Position numbers and translations under genes: made by a program | The notes under the pieces: model-generated | The model's input: the letters and a program-made list of their open reading frames with translations, nothing else | Told to the model about the DNA's origin: nothing | Databases searched by the model: none | Assembly: GCA_964016885.1 (NCBI GenBank) | Contig: OZ024742.1 | Span: 18,910,001 to 18,974,000, forward strand | Direction of reading: 5' to 3' | DNA from: Eledone cirrhosa | Lineage: Eukaryota | Length of the DNA stretch: 64,000 bases | Part shown: positions 47,665-64,000 of the stretch, in pieces | How positions within the stretch are numbered: the stretch's first letter is position 1 | Layout: each line of letters opens with the position of its first letter

Positions 47665-47721
47665 ATATATATATATATATTATATATATAATATATATAT
47701 ATATATATATTATATATATAA

Positions 47722-47755
<34 letters not shown>

Positions 47756-47756
47756 C

Positions 47757-47788
<32 letters not shown>

Positions 47789-47803
47789 GTATATATATAT
47801 GTA

Positions 47804-47910
<107 letters not shown>

Positions 47911-47927
47911 GTGTATATATATATATG

Positions 47928-48054
<127 letters not shown>

Positions 48055-48069
48055 GTATATATATATATG

Positions 48070-48153
<84 letters not shown>

Positions 48154-48186
48154 CATATATATATATATACATATATATATATACAT

Positions 48187-48252
<66 letters not shown>

Positions 48253-48255
48253 TAT

Positions 48256-48287
<32 letters not shown>

Positions 48288-48298
48288 CATATACATAT

Positions 48299-48329
<31 letters not shown>

Positions 48330-48370
48330 CATATATATATTATATATATATACATATACATATACATATA

Positions 48371-48432
<62 letters not shown>

Positions 48433-48434
48433 CA

Positions 48435-49134
<700 letters not shown>

Positions 49135-49211
49135 TGTACATATATATATATATATGTACATATATATATATATATATGTATATATATCTATATATATATA
49201 TGTATATATAC

Positions 49212-49306
<95 letters not shown>

Positions 49307-49314
49307 GATATATG

Positions 49315-49380
<66 letters not shown>

Positions 49381-49745
49381 CATTATGAGAGAGAAGAAAC
49401 ATTTAGATATAATTAGTAATAAAATGTATCATACCTAAACTGGGGACTAGTAAAATGAGGTATCCTCTTGATAAGTTGGCAGACCTCGCAAGGACTCTAT
49501 ATCTTTGATATATTGTTTTTGTTTATGCCACGAAACTACGTAGTCGAGGAATTTAGGAACAGTTTAGGTATGATACATTTTATTACTAATTATATCTAAA
49601 TGTTTCTTCTCTCTTCATAATGTATTTTTAACTCTGATACTGGTTCAGTCTGGTTCAAACTGAATTGGTCTGTCCCAGTCATTCATTGAGCAACATCGGT
49701 GAAGTTGGCACCCTTAACTCACAGTTGGGTGCGGATGCATTCATG
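49381..49745 (+). mobile_element. Short pLTR-like element with an inverted 5' segment (49381-49442 vs 49560-49622) and a variant hammerhead (49463-49550)
   Basis: TCCTC-TTGATAA-GtTGGCA...TGCCAC-GAAA-CTACGTAG-TC-GAGGA. Confidence 0.7.
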
Positions 49746-49800
49746 TATATATGTGTGTGTCCGCATGTATCTGTGTGTTTCTAAATATATTATATATATG

Positions 49801-50025
<225 letters not shown>

Positions 50026-50040
50026 TATATATATATATAT

Positions 50041-53917
<3,877 letters not shown>

Positions 53918-55509
53918 TAGCAACTCCACTGAAGATGCTCTTCAGAAGCTCCTTGGCTAGCGGTGTACTACCCAGGGAGCTGAAAGAAGGCACAATATGC
54001 CCTATCCATAAAGGAGGTAGTAGAGCGGAGGCCAAGAACTATAGGCCAGTCTCCCTGACGTCGCATATCAGTAAGGTCATGGAGCGAGTCGTCAGAAAGA
54101 AACTAATCACTTTCCTCGAAGAAAATGACCGCCTGACTAGCACGCAACATGGCTTCCGCCCAGGAAGAAGCTGCCTTACACAGCTGCTACATCACTACGA
54201 CTGGGTACTGAGACAGCTACTAGACAGCTCACATGTAGACGTGATATATCTTGACTTTGCGAAGGCCTTTGACAAGGTCGACCACGGAATGATATGTCAC
54301 AAACTACACGGACTCGGCATAACTGGAAAAGTAGGTGAGTGGCTGCATGGCTTCCTGAGGGACAGAAGCCAGGCAGTCGCAGCAAATGGGGCCCTCTCGA
54401 GGGAAACGCCGATAACAAGTGGGGTGCCTCAGGGGACAGTCCTGGGACCACTACTGTTTTTGGTGGCTCTCTCGGACATGCCCTCTGTGGTGCATGCAAC
54501 AACATCCCTCACTAGCTATGCTGATGACACTAAGGTAGCACAGGCAATCAAAAACCCGGCTGACGCTGCCCTCTTACAGCAGGATCTGGATGCCATATAC
54601 AGATGGGCGGAAGAAAACAACATGCAGTTTAATGCTGGCAAATTCCAAGCCCTACAATACAAACCTGCAAACACAAACACAAATATAGCGGAACACAGCT
54701 ACACAGGACCAGGAGGGACCGATATCCCCGTGTCAAAATCGATACGAGACCTGGGCATAGACATGAGCGATGATGCATCTTTTTCTTCACACATCATGAA
54801 GGTGGCGACAGCATGTAGACGATTCGCTGGCTGGATCTTGAGGACTTTCCTTACAAGAGATCGAGACACCATGTTGACACTGTGGAGGACTTTTGTCCTA
54901 AGCCGCCTGGACTACTGCTCCCAGCTGTGGTCACCCCATAGTGTCAAACTATCCACAGAGCTTGAGGCAATCCAGCGAAGCTACACCAAGAGGATTGCCA
55001 AGATGAGGGAGACAAGCTACTGGGAGAGGCTGAAGGAACTGAACCTCTACTCCTTGGAGCGAAGACGGGAGAGATACGCAGTGATCTACATGTGGAAAAT
55101 CCTGGAGGGACTAGCACCAAACTTTGGCATTGGGAGCTGGACCAACCGTCGAACAGGACGTCACTGTGTGGTGCCAAAGGTCCCGTCTTCCACATCTAGA
55201 ATAAGGAGCAGGTATTGCAATAGCCTGGGATTCAAGGGCCCTCAACTCTTCAACAGGCTGCCGAGGCATCTGCGAGACTTGCATGACGTGGAGGTGGATG
55301 TCTTTAAGAAACATCTCGACACCTTGTTATCCAGGATCCCGGATGAGCCCACAGCAAGACACGAGGGAAACCTAAGGGCAGCAGCAACAAACTCCCTCCT
55401 ATACCAGTGGCCAACCTATACAGGCTGGAGATAAAATGTGTAGCAACAAGGGCGGTGCCCCAGCATGGCCTCAGCCGGATGGCTGAAACAGGTAAAAGAG
55501 TAAAAGAGT
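53918..55509 (+). mobile_element. Second, more truncated copy of the CR1/L2-group LINE (open RT frame to stop at 55434)
   Basis: Highly similar to 26537-28121; 6-nt duplication (NTNTNI); flanked by (TA)n. Confidence 0.93.
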
Positions 55510-55537
55510 ATATATATACATATATATATATATATAC

Positions 55538-55652
<115 letters not shown>

Positions 55653-55661
55653 CATATATAT

Positions 55662-55704
<43 letters not shown>

Positions 55705-55705
55705 C

Positions 55706-55753
<48 letters not shown>

Positions 55754-55934
55754 TTTATTCAGTGCTGTAGCTATGTTATTGTTGAATTCGTTCTAATTGG
55801 TTGTTTCATTCTGGTGAAGGAATAGACATATGGTGTAGATACTTTAGAGTATTGATGGTGTGGAATTATCTGAATTCCTCGGAATACTAATTTATTTGAT
55901 ATAGTTTTAGTCTCTATCGGTCGCTCACCGACAG

Positions 55935-56190
55935 TTGAGCCCGTTGAGACTTCCTGTGTTCTTGGCCCTAGGACCACCTCCCTATTTACCGCCATCGGCA
56001 CGGAGTTGACTACCCTCAAGTGTGAGCCTTGCGAGCTGGAATGGCTCTTCCAGCGTATCTCACTCCCCACCCTCCGGGGAAACGCCTTCTCTATTCTAAC
56101 CGACTGCGGGTCGAGCAGCGCGTGGGTCTCAATTTATTTATAATAGTGAGAGATGGAGAGAGTGAGAGAGACGGAGGTAGCGAGTGAAAG
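55935..56190 (+). mobile_element. CRE-like element 3' end, second copy
   Basis: PVETSCVLGPRTTSLF...LEWLFQRISLPTLRGNAFSIL; homologous to 5700-5945. Confidence 0.6.
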
Positions 56191-56743
56191 TAAAAGAACA
56201 TGAACACTTGTTTACTACTGCCATAGAAACAGATAAAGTGATGATGTAGAAGATCTAGAATTGGATAAAAATACTTTTAGCTGGAATACCATTTTATGTT
56301 GAGAACATATTTCAATAAAGTCTTTCATGAGCCGAATATGATATATTCTTATTTCAATTACTTCAATCCTACTAGCGATTCAAAGAAATAATAACTGCTT
56401 TATTGAACAGATCTCAATAGAGATTATTCCAACCAACATAACAAAAGAAAAGAACTTCATTCCAGGGCATGTCTAGAAACAAACCTCTGTGTTGCCTTTT
56501 TGAAATATTACCTGGTATCACGTCCAGTAGTAGTTATTATAGAACCATTTTCTCAGGACACTTTACACACAATAAATATATTATTGAACCAAAATAAAGT
56601 TTTACCTTTTCAAATACATTACATGAAAATTGGTTTATGAGTGAATAATAATAATAATAATAATAATAATAGCAATAATAATAACAATAATGACAACAAA
56701 AATCACAATAATAATAACATTAACAATAATAATAATAATAATA

Positions 56744-56890
56744 GTTTCTACTTGAGGCACAAGGCCAGCAATTACCCAGTGCATTACTGGTACTTTATTT
56801 TATCGACCCCGTAAGGATGAAAGGCAAAGTCAACCTCGGCGGGATTTGAACTCAGATCGTAAAGGGACGTAACTATGCTGGAAAGCATAT
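56744..56890 (-). mobile_element. SINE copy next to an (AAT)n tract
   Basis: Same body as 5385-5575. Confidence 0.8.
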
Positions 56891-56899
56891 AATAATGAT

Positions 56900-58566
56900 T
56901 TCATTTATTAGCCACAAGGGCTGACATGTAGGGGACAATACAAAGACAGGGACAGTGGGGATTTACAATAAGGTCGAGTAAAAGTGCGCAATGGCAAGAC
57001 TAATTTAACAATGAAAATATAAAATAAACTATGCAAAATATAACAAAATAAATTCCCCGATAGGGGGTGGACGACCCTGGGGTGATTCGGGTACCCCACC
57101 AATCCTGAACCACCCTGCGCTTCTAGGGCACCCAGGAGAGCACCCCTCTCCTCAAGTTAGCTAGCCTATAGGCGCATGGTCAGAGTAGGCCCATTCACAC
57201 GAGCCATTCTTGCCACATTCACCCACCTTTTAGCAAATGTACTGGGGGGCAGCACTTCTCTCTCCACCCTCACCCTCCTTTCCAGGTGAAACTTGAAGAA
57301 GTTGATGAGGGATTGACCGAAGAGAAAAGTGTCTGTCTTTAGTCCTTTCAACCTGGTCCACCATATAGTCTCTTTCGCAACTGCCACCAGACAGAGGAAA
57401 ATGTCCTGCTCTTCCTGACCTAAGGAAGGTGGCGGCTCGATCTTCACTATGGACTCGGCCGATAACTGGATTCGTTCCACACGCGACAGTAGCTGTTCGA
57501 CATAACTCCACAAGTCAGTAATGCACGGACATTGGACAAGTGCGTGCAGAACGGTTTCGTCGTTCTGTGCGCATCTTGGGCAGGTCCGTCTGACAGCACT
57601 TCCGTGCCTGTAGAGTTTATCCCGAACCGGCAGTGCCCCCCGGTAGCACTGCCAAGCGAGGGATTTCTGGAAATTGTCCATCGTCCCCGGCTCAAAAGTC
57701 CTCCGGTACAGACTGGTCAGTTCGACTTCGTCGAGGCCCAAAGCTTCTCCGAGTGCGTCATCGCACTTGCTCTGCAATAATCCTCTATAAAACTCGAGAG
57801 TGGAAGTTCCACTGATCGCATTGCCCGCTTGGTAGAGGGCAGTGAGTGCCTGGAAACATCCCAGGTGCCAGTCACCCAGTCTCGGTCTCTTCTTGACCCA
57901 GGACTGCAGCTCAGTCAAAGAAATGAGCTGCGGAAAGGCCCGTCTGATAAACGGCGACCACACCTGTTCACCATTGAGGCAGAATATCTGGAGATGTCGC
58001 AGCCTCAACGCATGTCTGCGCATCATTAGCCACGGCATGCCCAGCCCTCCGTGTAGAGGGTGCTGGCAGCAGATGGACCGCCTCACCAACGGAACTTGTC
58101 CCCTCCACAAGAATTTGAAGAGGAGCCGTTCCAACTTGACGAGGCGCGGACGGGGGCAATGCACGACGGTTAGGCGGTAATAGATGACGGACGCGATGTA
58201 CGCATTCGCCACCTCCGCGCGACTTTTCAGTGATAGCTTCCTCCCAGCCCATTTTTGGGTGAGACTGGCTACTCTGCTCGTTACCTCGTCCCAATTCTTT
58301 TCCACCTGGAGGTCTGGTCCGAACCAAACCCCGAGCAACTTTACTGGTCTGTCCGTCCAGCGCCCCACGATGCTGTTGGACGGCATGGGCTTGCCTCTCC
58401 AGGTTCCGAGCTGCAAGCCCACCGACTTTTCCGGGTTAAGTTTGGCTCCTGTCAACCTTTCATATTCTTTCAATAAGGTGCCGACCACCTCGATTTCTGA
58501 GGTGTTCGACACCATCACGGTGATGTCGTCCGCATAAGCCGACACCGCCTTTCCACGTCCCGGTTC
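56900..58566 (-). mobile_element. 5'-truncated L1/Tx1-group non-LTR retrotransposon (ORF2 C-terminus 58566-57166 plus 3' UTR)
   Basis: AYADDITV, GAKLNPEKS, LLGVWF, HGGLGMP and zinc knuckle CPRC...ETVLHALVQC; 3' UTR ends in AATAAA. Confidence 0.88.
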
Positions 58567-59282
58567 AAAAATAATGAAAGGTAAAATTGTAAGGTTCAAC
58601 AAATAATAACATAGATTTGGTTGCGATAATGGAAAACTTCCTATAGTAGTGAGAATATTGCCTGGTGGTAGATAATGACACGGGAAATCCAATATAGATT
58701 TCGCTATAGAAAATAAATACAATTTCGACTATATTTTATATTATAAGAATTAAATAACCCGAGAAAAACATTCTAGTTGTAAATTACTCGAACTTTACTT
58801 CAATTTATCTATGTCTCTATCATAACTGCTTTTTAGTTGTATTTCATGCGTTGTTTTATTATTTATATTAATGCATAAAAAGAGGATTGAATAGACACGC
58901 ACGCCAAAATATGGCCATATGTATCAAGGGAATCATTTCTCTTCAAATAACATATTTTATAACATTGAATTCGTTCTAAAATTGGTAATGTTGTTTAAAA
59001 TCTAATTCTTTCTGAATTAGGGAGTGCGTTTGATATATGTGGTGGTTGAGGTTAGTCTCCTACTTGTTTGTATTTATCGTTGTTCTGTTTATAAACTATG
59101 GTCACATACAGTTGGTCGTTTTATTCACGATATCACACTTTCTTAACTTTGTGTTTACTCTAGATGAAAATGTATTAACTTTTCGCACCATTGAGTGCTC
59201 TGTCACCTCAAACAATTCGATTGTTATCTGCTCTTCTGCGGCTACAACTTCGATTTATACCTATTATTATTGTTGTTATTAT

Positions 59283-59937
59283 TTGAACTCAGAACCTAAT
59301 GGGCCTTAGCCCTATGCTGCAAAGCAGGGTGTCAGGTGCTCTATCGATACTGCCAATCCACCGCTCTAATAATAATAACTGTTTCTACTTTTGGCACAAG
59401 GCCAGCAATTATCCCAGTAAAGTACCAGTAATGCACTGAGATAATTGCTGGCCTTGTGCCAAAAGTAGAAACAGTTATTATTATTAGGGCGGTGGATTGG
59501 CAGTATCGATAGAGCACCTGACACCCTGCTTTGCAGCATAGGGCTAAGGCCCATTAGGTTCTGAGTTCAAATCCCGCCGAGGCTAGCTTTGCCTTTCATC
59601 CTTATGGGGTCGATAAGCAAAGTACCAGTAATGCACTGGGGTCGATTTAATCGACTTTCCCTTCTCCCAAAATTGTTAGCCTTGTGCTTAAATCAGAAAC
59701 CATTGTTATTATTAGGACGGTGGATTGGCAGAATCGGTAGAGCGTCGGACAAAATTATTTGCAGTATCTTGTTATGGCCCTTTACGTTCTGAGTTCAAAT
59801 CCCTCCGAGGTTAGCTTTGCCATTCATCCTTACGGGGTCGTTGAAATAAAGTATCAGCCACGCCCTGGGTTCGATTTAATTGACTTTCCGATTACTCCCC
59901 AAATTGCTGGCCTTTTGCCTAAATCAGAAACCATTAT
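59283..59937. mobile_element. SINE cluster including an inverted duplication (59283-59415 vs 59437-59570); further copies at 62143-62215 and 63895-64000
   Basis: GGCGGTGGATTGGCAG...GTTCTGAGTTCAAATCCC head and GGCCTTGTGCC...AGAAAC(ATT)n tail. Confidence 0.8.
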
Positions 59938-60199
59938 TTTGTTTGAACTACTATAGTATAGCTATGCAAGAAACATTTGTGGAAGATAAAATACTAATTA
60001 CAACTGGGGCAATGACTTCTTAGTGAAGTAGATGTCGTTGATACAGGATGAGATATATTTAATTGATTGTTGCTTGGGTGAGTAAGAGAACGGAAAACAG
60101 TGAGATATCAGATATGAATGCTACAACCAAATACTCTTCTTCAGTAGATTCATACATATTGAACTTCTGAAGGAAATCCCACACATTTAACTCATAATA

Positions 60200-61893
60200 G
60201 TGAGAGATGGGGAGAGTGAGAGTGAGAGGCAGTGCAGTGGGAGTTTGGTTCCTTTGTGTTTGGACCTGGTGGGTATGAGAGATGGGGGGAGTGAGAGAGG
60301 CAGTGCAGTGGGAGTTTGGTTCCTTTGTGTTTGGACCTGGTGGGTATGAGAGATGGGGGGAGTGAGAGAGGCAGTGACAGTGGGAGTTTGGTTCCTTTGT
60401 GTTTGGACCTGGTGGGTATGAGAGATGGGGAGAGTGAGAGGTAGTGCAGTGGGAGTTTGGTTCCTTTGTGTTTGGACCTGGTGGGTATGAGAGATGGGGG
60501 GAGTGAGAGAGGCAGTGCAGTGGGAGTTTGGTTCCTTTGTGTTTGGACCTGGTGGGTATGAGAGATGGGGGGAGTGAGAGAGGCAGTGACAGTGGGAGTT
60601 TGGTTCCTTTGTGTTTGGACCTGGTGGGTATGAGAGATGGGGAGAGTGAGAGGTAGTGCAGTGGGAGTTTGGTTCCTTTGTGTTTGGACCTGGTGGGTAT
60701 GAGAGATGGGGGGAGTGAGAGAGGCGGTGCAGTGGGAGTTTGGTTCCTTTGTGTTTGGACCTGGTGGGTATGAGAGATGGGGGGAGTGAGAGAGGCAGTG
60801 CAGTGGGAGTTTGGTTCCTTTGTGTTTGGACATGGTGGGTATGAGAGATGGGGGGAGTGAGAGAGGCAGTGCAGTGGGAGTTTGGTTCCTTTGTGTTTGG
60901 ACCTGGTGGGTATGAGAGATGGGGAGAGTGAGAGGCAGTGCAGTGGGAGTTTGGTTCCTTTGTGTTTGGACCTGGTGGGTATGAGAGATGGGGGGAGTGA
61001 GAGAGGCAGTGCAGTGGGAGTTTGGTTCCTTTGTGTTTGGACCTGGTGGGTATGAGAGATGGGGGGAGTGAGAGAGGCAGTGCAGTGGGAGTTTGGTTCC
61101 TTTGTGTTTGGACCTGGTGGGTATGAGAGATGGGGAGAGTGAGAGAGGCAGTGCAGTGGGAGTTTGGTTCCTTTGTGTTTAACCTGGTGGGTATGAGAGA
61201 TGGGGGGAGTGAGAGAGGCAGTGCAGTGGGAGTTTGGTTCCTTTGTGTTTGGACCTGGTGGGTATGAGAGATGGGGGGAGTGAGAGAGGCAGTGCAGTGG
61301 GAGTTTGGTTCCTTTGTGTTTGGACCTGGTGGGTATGAGAGATGGGGAGAGTGAGAGAGGCAGTGCAGTGGGAGTTTGGTTCCTTTGTGTTTAACCTGGT
61401 GGGTATGAGAGATGGGGAGAGTGAGAGGCAGTGTAGTGGGAGTTTGGTTCCTTTGTGTTTAACCTGGTGGGTATGAGAGATGGGGAGAGTGAGAGAGGCA
61501 GTGACAGTGGGAGTTTGGTTCCTTTGTGTTTGGACCTGGTGGGTATGAGAGATGGGGAGAGTGAGAGAGGCAGTGCAGTGGGAGTTTGGTTCCTTTGTGT
61601 TTAACCTGGTGGGTATGAGAGATGGGGAGAGTGAGAGGCAGTGTAGTGGGAGTTTGGTTCCTTTGTGTTTAACCTGGTGGGTATGAGAGATGGCGAGAGT
61701 GAGAGAGGCAGTGACAGTGGGAGTTTGGTCCCTTTGTGTTTGGACCTGGTGGGTATGAGAGATGGGGAGAGTGAGAGAGGCAGTGCAGTGGGAGTTTGGT
61801 TCCTTTGTGTTTAACCTGGTGGGTATGAGAGATGGGGAGAGTGAGAGAGGCAGTGATAGTGGGAGCTTTGTTCCTTTGTGTTCGGATCTGGTG
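60200..61893. repeat. ~69-72-bp G-rich minisatellite, about 24 copies
   Basis: Unit GAGAGGCAGTGCAGTGGGAGTTTGGTTCCTTTGTGTTTGGACCTGGTGGGTATGAGAGATGGGGGGAGTGA. Confidence 0.95.
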
Positions 61894-62931
61894 TATACAT
61901 ATATTTATTTATCACACGACATGTTACATTCTCCCAAGTGTTTCTATACATTATTACCATTACAACTATTACAGGCATTAAGCATAATTTTCATGTTTCC
62001 TTTATCATAAGATCTACTCCAACATAAAATATGCTAGGGCTTATATCTGTTTCCCCTGATATAAGCCCCCAGTACAAAGTTAAGAACAATATTGTCAACG
62101 ACGACACCAAGAAGTGTAACAACAATTATATGAAATTAACAAGATCGATAAAATAAAGTACCAGTAATGCACTGGATAATTGCTGGCCTTGTGCCAAATA
62201 TAGAAACAATTATTCATAGAAAATAGGTTCTATTTATCTACAGACTAACTAATGTGACAACCACTTCAACACAGCGAACGTCAAATAAATCACACCAACT
62301 ATTCCAGAACACAATATCACAGAATTTGATCTAGGGTAACTGGGTGTCTTTATTGCAAATATCCAGAGGAGAGAGAATAATGGAAGTTAAAATGAAATCT
62401 ACATATATGCAGACAACGTTTCGGAGATAGCTTTGACTAAATATTGTAGACTAGATTCAAGGAAAAGCCTAGATATAAAGGTTGAGATATTTGTGTCTAT
62501 GTTTGCATGTTATTAAGTAGTGATGTATGGGCTCCTGCCAGTAATTTCCTCTGAATAATTTCCACTGACTGAAATCTGCTAATGTGTTAAAATGGAATTT
62601 TATTATAGAAACAATGACCTTTTTACTTCATATACCATATATCGACAAAGTGGGGACCCAGTGTCGCATAACATATATACAAAACAAAGAAAAAGAGGAG
62701 GAACAAAACATAGTTATTGAGGAGGTCACAGAATGTGTGACGAAAGAAATTTGACAAACGAATGAATAATGAACAATAAAGATAATGATAAATGAAAATT
62801 ATATGGTGGGGTGTTTCTTTCTATTGGAAATATTGGCAACACGACCATTCCCATAATAGTAATAATAATAAATTTGACGATCCCGTTAAAGGGTGAAAGC
62901 AGCGATTCTTTGCTTAAACTTTAATCTGTTA

Positions 62932-63006
<75 letters not shown>

Positions 63007-63372
63007 TGTTGTATAACTGATAATCATTTATGAAATTCGTTCAATGGTTTGTTAGACATTCCAATAGGGAGGAACGCTAATGAAATTAAATGAATATTAA
63101 CGAGTCAGAGTAAAAGTTTAATACCACTAATGAGTTTAATCGTGTTTTGATAGTTAATTCTTTAAGTTATAACTTTACTCACAATTACTAACAATTACCG
63201 TCCTGTTTATAAACTGCTTAGCACCTGGATGACTCTTGCCTACAATTATCAAGACGAAAACATGGCAATAACAGGAACCCACTGAGAGGAGAATTTCTTG
63301 ATGTTGATAAATCAATAATAAAGACTTCATTTACCATTTTGATCACTTATTGTATTTCTAGTTGTCATTCAG

Positions 63373-63471
63373 TTACATTCTCGACACGTGTTTGAGCATC
63401 GGACAGCAGTTTCCTTCATAGATTGCGCGTTCTGTGTATTCACAGTATTTGTTGATTACCTCAAGGCCATC
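63373..63471 (-). CDS. Possible terminal coding exon of an unknown gene
   Basis: Acceptor CTTTTCAG followed by open frame DGLEVINKYCEYTERAIYEGNCCPMLKHVSRM*; no homology recognised. Confidence 0.25.
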   Translation of the reverse strand, partial: DGLEVINKYCEYTERAIYEGNCCPMLKHVSRM

Positions 63472-64000
63472 CTGAAAAGTCCAACATCACACACCTTGTA
63501 TATCAAAAGTCTGTCTCAAGCCAGGTGGCTCATCAGGCTAGGTACTTATCTCGGTTTCGTAGCGTGAAGTACTTGAAAATACAAGACCCTATCTCTAGAC
63601 AGGACGCCAATCCATAGCAGGGTTAAACCCTCAGCCTTTGCTGGTACTCATTTTCAGCTGAGTCTACTGTAGTAACATGAAATGAGGTGTTTTACTGAAG
63701 AACACAACACAGCCTGATCAAGGAATCGAAGCCACAATAGATCGTAAGTCTAACACACTTACCACTAGGCCTCGTGTCTCGTGGTCCTCCCAATTTCGTC
63801 CCAATTTATTCCCTCCTCCTAATGATATCCATCATAATGATGAACTTACATATCGATCACGTGGCTGTTGTATAATCTGACCAGCCCGTCTTTTTTGTCC
63901 CGAGGTTAGATTTGCCTGTCATCCTAACGGGGTCGTTAAAATAAAGTACCAGTTACGCACTGGGGTTGATTTAATCGACCTGCCCCTCCCCCAAAATTGC

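Noticed and set aside
60192-60833. 213-aa repetitive ORF
   Set aside because: Translation of the minisatellite; unit lengths vary out of frame.

Overview
Repeat-dominated, AT-rich eukaryotic DNA with no intact multi-exon host gene visible. The SINE families and the (TA)n/(TG)n load suggest an octopus or other coleoid cephalopod (inference). Almost all I/Y/C/V/M-rich ORFs in the track are microsatellite artefacts. Real coding content is retroelement-derived: one near-full-length Naiad-type Penelope-like element (RT + GIY-YIG), three truncated Penelope-like insertions (two of them paired with inverted partial copies), two 5'-truncated CR1/L2-group LINEs, one L1/Tx1 fragment and two CRE-like 3' ends. 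A non-autonomous Helitron, SINEs and minisatellites are also present. The main unannotated signal is about 25 type I hammerhead-ribozyme motifs, read by eye, in roughly a dozen sequence contexts. They include a 465-bp tandem array with one minimal hammerhead per unit, a 310-bp hammerhead tandem, pLTR hammerheads with very long stem II, and a U3-A8 compensatory core variant. Nearly all carriers end in (TA)n tracts, which suggests a Penelope/retrozyme system targeting TA microsatellites. No folding program or database search was run.
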